Notes under the pieces: model-generated
Database searches by the model: none
What the model was told of the DNA's origin: nothing
Seen by the model: the letters and a program-made list of their open reading frames with translations, nothing else
NCBI GenBank assembly: GCA_965662895.1
Contig: CBFIJH010000018.1
Location: 1 to 29,656, forward strand
Reading direction: 5' to 3'
Length of the DNA stretch: 29,656 bases
Source: Candidatus Poseidoniaceae archaeon
GTDB taxonomy: Archaea; Thermoplasmatota; Poseidoniia; Poseidoniales; Poseidoniaceae
Made by a program: the position numbers and the translations under genes
Shown here: piece after piece, positions 26,482 through 29,656 of the stretch
How positions within the stretch are numbered: the stretch's first letter is position 1
How the letters are laid out: every line of letters begins with the position of its first letter

Positions 26482-27066
26482 TCAGTTTTGGGGCTCTTCG
26501 GGCAGGACCATCGGGCGTCCATCACTTAGCCACAATCGGAGCATCCCTCGGAAAAATCCATCCTTCCGAGGGCGGCCAAGATCAGGACGAAGCATATCAT
26601 CGAGCTTCTTTGAGCAGGATCCACAGCGGACCGATTCAACCCACCATTGTGGCTGTGGGTGAGGGCAGCAAGCGTCTTCAGAATCTGCGATGTTCATGAC
26701 CATCTGCAAACGTTGCGCCATCTCGAGTGTGCAAGCAACTGGAGGCCCTCCCAAAAGTGCCTGAGAACGAGAGAGAAGCGACCATCCTCCGGCGAGGAAC
26801 AGTCCGTATCCAAACGTGGGTTGACCTCCAAGGAGACTCAGGTAGCCGAAAAGCAAAGGGAGGAGGGTTGTCAACGTCCCCAAGCGATGAAACAAACGCA
26901 TGTGGAGAACGCGTTGTGTGAGCCGTGGACTGAGCGGAATTGGATCGGGATGAGGGGGGAACTTTGTGTTGAATCCTGAGGTTCGACTCAGAATCATGAA
27001 AGGAACACGTGGCATTAGATGACCAAGAAGAAAACCTGCGATAAAGAACGATATCGCTGCTATCAT
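26482..27066 (-). CDS. hypothetical membrane protein with putative Zn-ribbon (CC...CxxC)
   Basis: 194 aa, about 3 hydrophobic segments, then CCPHPQPQWWVESVRCGSC; starts 9 nt after the aminotransferase stop. Confidence 0.7.
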   Translation of the reverse strand: MIAAISFFIAGFLLGHLMPRVPFMILSRTSGFNTKFPPHPDPIPLSPRLTQRVLHMRLFHRLGTLTTLLPLLFGYLSLLGGQPTFGYGLFLAGGWSLLSRSQALLGGPPVACTLEMAQRLQMVMNIADSEDACCPHPQPQWWVESVRCGSCSKKLDDMLRPDLGRPRKDGFFRGMLRLWLSDGRPMVLPEEPQN

Positions 27067-27075
27067 GAGGCAAAC

Positions 27076-28224
27076 CTACCGATTTTGCAGACGATGCAAC
27101 GTTGCTTCAACTTTGTCCATGCCACGAGTGATGTCGTCTTGCGAGATTGTGAATGCAAAGCGAAGATGTCCCTCACCAGACGGCCCAAAAGCAGTACCAG
27201 GGGAACAAAGAACCCCATCCTTCAGCAGTTCCATCGCCAAGTCTTGGCTGTTCATTCCAGGAACCTGTATTTTGGGGAAGACGTAAATTGAGCCCTTTGG
27301 ACGATGACATTCTACACCAGGCATCGCATTGAGGCGGTCGACGATGAGATTGCAGCGAGCATGAAACTCTTGAGCAAGAACATCTGGATAATCAGAGGCC
27401 TTTTCCATCGCTTCCAAAACAGCGTACTGCATCGCATCGTTTGAACATGCAGTAATGTAATATTGCATCTTGATGACTTGCTTCATCGCTTCAAGATTTG
27501 CAGACATGATGTAACCGATTCTCCAGCCCGTCATAGCAAAGGTCTTGGAAAATGAATTGATGAGCATGACTTTGTCGTAATTCGTGCCAACGAACGAAAC
27601 GTGTTCGGAATCAAAGACAATCCGGTCATAGACCTCATCGGAAAGAATCCATAGATTGTGGCGCTTTGCGAATTCGAGCAGTTCGTCACGCTGTTGCGTA
27701 GTGAGCGTACCCCCGGTTGGGTTTGATGGGAAATTGTACAAGATTGCTACCGTATCTTCATCGACCAGTGCCTCAAGATCCTCGATCGTTGGAACGAATT
27801 CATTTTCAAACAAACACGGATAGTATCGACTCTCTCCCCCACAAAGCGTTACATCTGGACCGTACAACGGAAAATATGGTTCTGGTAAGAGTACGTTCTT
27901 TCCAGGATCGACAAAGGTTAGGAAGAGATTGAGCAATGCATTGGTTCCTGACATTGTCATGCATACATTGTCTTCTGTCAATGCAGGCTCAAGATAATGC
28001 CAGGATTGTGCAATCTTTGAACGTAATGCAGGCAATCCAGCAGTCGTCGTGTATTTGTTTCGACCATCAAGCATTGCTTGATGAAAAGCCTCGATCGCAA
28101 TTGGTGGAGGTTGGAAATCGGGCTCACCGAGTCCAAAACTGATGACATCATCGCCCGCTAAATCGAACATCTTGCGGACACCAGTCGGCTGAATTGACAG
28201 AGCACGTTGACTGAAATCACCCAT
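27076..28224 (-). CDS. PLP-dependent aminotransferase class I/II (aspartate aminotransferase-like)
   Basis: GLGEPDF, YTTTAGLPALR, NFPSNPTG, SDEVYD, NSFSKTFAMTGWRIGY (PLP Lys), PGTAFG..GEGHLRF. Confidence 0.95.
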   Translation of the reverse strand: MGDFSQRALSIQPTGVRKMFDLAGDDVISFGLGEPDFQPPPIAIEAFHQAMLDGRNKYTTTAGLPALRSKIAQSWHYLEPALTEDNVCMTMSGTNALLNLFLTFVDPGKNVLLPEPYFPLYGPDVTLCGGESRYYPCLFENEFVPTIEDLEALVDEDTVAILYNFPSNPTGGTLTTQQRDELLEFAKRHNLWILSDEVYDRIVFDSEHVSFVGTNYDKVMLINSFSKTFAMTGWRIGYIMSANLEAMKQVIKMQYYITACSNDAMQYAVLEAMEKASDYPDVLAQEFHARCNLIVDRLNAMPGVECHRPKGSIYVFPKIQVPGMNSQDLAMELLKDGVLCSPGTAFGPSGEGHLRFAFTISQDDITRGMDKVEATLHRLQNR

Positions 28225-29656
28225 CGACAGCATCTCCTGTATCGGATTCGATTATAGCGTCAAGAACGTCGTGTTCTTCAACAGCAGGAGGTACATAGGT
28301 TGCGTTTTTGCTTTCGTATTCATCACCATCTCCTCCAAGCAGTATAATGAGAGCAAGCACCAGCAAAGCGAGTGCAAGTCCAGCCATGATCAACTCCTGG
28401 AATCCAAAGTCCTCGTCTTCGAGGCCTCCATCCCATGTTCCGACGACCGTTGTGGCAACCATGAGGGATTGAACACCTTCAGAATTGACAGCACGAACTT
28501 CAATTGAGCGATTCCCGTCAAGCAATTCTGATGTATCCAGAACAACGGACCAATTGAACCGAGCAAATGCTCCCAATGTTTCCGCACCTTCATCGAAGGT
28601 AGCAGACATCCACTCACCACCATCAATTCGGTACTCAACGGACGATACTGCGCTGACTTGTCCCCAAGCGAGTCCCTTCAGCGTTGCAATACCATCAGAA
28701 GTGTTCGTTTCTGTGATGTGAACTTGCGTTGTAACATCAACCTCTCCGGTCAATCCTTGATACTTCAAATCAAAAGCCATCGATACTGCAGCATATGCAT
28801 CAACCATTCCGAATCCAAAATCTCGATTCCAGAATGGGTCCACCTCAGGGGCGGAGGGTTCTCCCCGTCGTTCAGCAGTCAATTTCAGAATCTCCTTTAT
28901 TTCAGCAGGCGACAAATCCGGATTTGCTTCGACCATCATCGCCATGATTCCAGAGACTGAGGGGGTTGCGTAGGATGTACCCGACCCTCGTCCAGTGTAA
29001 CCATTGGTGCTTGCATCTCCACCGACAAAGTTGTTGCACCCACCTGAAGAAACGCATCCCTCTGCTTGGATGATGTTGGATCCTGGAGCGGTTACTTCAG
29101 GTTTCAGCTCATTGAGTGGATTGCCATCTGCATTGTCTCGTCGAGGGCCACGAGACGAATAACCAGCAATCGTATCGTCTTCACGATCGATGGTGTTCTG
29201 ATCATCCGTTGCGCCAACTGTGACCGACAAATCCGAAGAGCCCATGCCCGACAAGCCATCGTTATCGGGGCCATCGTTGCCGGCAGCAACGCTGACAACG
29301 ACTCCAGCAATCATGGCTTCATCAAGAATACGACTGTGCATGTCGGAACCGTCTGAACCACCTGCTTCGTGGGATGTGATTCCCCACGAGAGAGAGATGA
29401 TGTCGATGCCATATTCGCTTTCATCAGCGCCTGCCCAAGCATCGTCCTTATGATCGATAATCCACTGCAAACCGTTCATGGCAGACTCATAAAACTCCTG
29501 AGAAAGCAAATAGTTCTCAAACGGACCTGCTCCCGCATCGGTACCAATTCGGACATCGACAAGCGCTGCATCAGGAGCTGCACCGTAAAACTCGGTTTGC
29601 TCACCGTTGGCATCAATACCTGTTGCAGCGGCCATTCCCATGCAAGCAGTACCGTG
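28217..29656 (-). CDS. S8 (subtilisin-family) serine peptidase, membrane-anchored; 5' end outside window
   Basis: HGTAC at the window edge (catalytic His), SLSWG, VAAGNDG (oxyanion Asn), YSSRGP, KPEVTAPG, GTSYATP (catalytic Ser); Ig-like domain (VEYRIDGGEW) and C-terminal TM. Confidence 0.93.
   Translation of the reverse strand, partial: HGTACMGMAAATGIDANGEQTEFYGAAPDAALVDVRIGTDAGAGPFENYLLSQEFYESAMNGLQWIIDHKDDAWAGADESEYGIDIISLSWGITSHEAGGSDGSDMHSRILDEAMIAGVVVSVAAGNDGPDNDGLSGMGSSDLSVTVGATDDQNTIDREDDTIAGYSSRGPRRDNADGNPLNELKPEVTAPGSNIIQAEGCVSSGGCNNFVGGDASTNGYTGRGSGTSYATPSVSGIMAMMVEANPDLSPAEIKEILKLTAERRGEPSAPEVDPFWNRDFGFGMVDAYAAVSMAFDLKYQGLTGEVDVTTQVHITETNTSDGIATLKGLAWGQVSAVSSVEYRIDGGEWMSATFDEGAETLGAFARFNWSVVLDTSELLDGNRSIEVRAVNSEGVQSLMVATTVVGTWDGGLEDEDFGFQELIMAGLALALLVLALIILLGGDGDEYESKNATYVPPAVEEHDVLDAIIESDTGDAVDG

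Noticed and set aside
1-29656. CRISPR arrays, tRNAs, IS elements, integrases or prophage genes
   Set aside because: No repeat-spacer pattern, cloverleaf or transposase/integrase motif seen; the window is almost fully explained by coding genes

Overview
Archaeal genomic window, most consistent with Thermoplasmatota / Marine Group II (Poseidoniales). This assignment is inferred from the 16S 5' end, gene order and protein style, not from a search. The minus strand carries the complete archaeal L3-to-SecY ribosomal protein superoperon (L3, L4, L23, L2, S19, L22, S3, L29, aIF1, Rpp29, S17, L14, L24, S4e, L5, S14, S8, L6, L32e, L19e, L18, S5, L30, L15, SecY), followed directly by the 5' part of a 16S rRNA gene. 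Beyond it lie a Hef/FANCM-type helicase without a nuclease domain (+ strand), a two-gene redox operon, a thermosome subunit, a 1.1k-aa membrane-anchored surface protein, two unknown membrane proteins, a PLP aminotransferase and a partial S8 peptidase. The most striking item is the redox operon: a ferredoxin-flavodoxin-SdhB-like fusion plus an HdrB/SdhE-like CCG-family protein. The SdhB-like part has lost all its Fe-S cysteine ligands and the CCG protein has lost 8 of 10, yet both ORFs are intact. This suggests a cluster-stripped (possibly iron-sparing) derivative of a succinate dehydrogenase/heterodisulfide reductase module. Other items of note are a structured ~170-nt leader before rpl3, a SecY with about four extra N-terminal TM helices and a SAP-domain L32e fusion.
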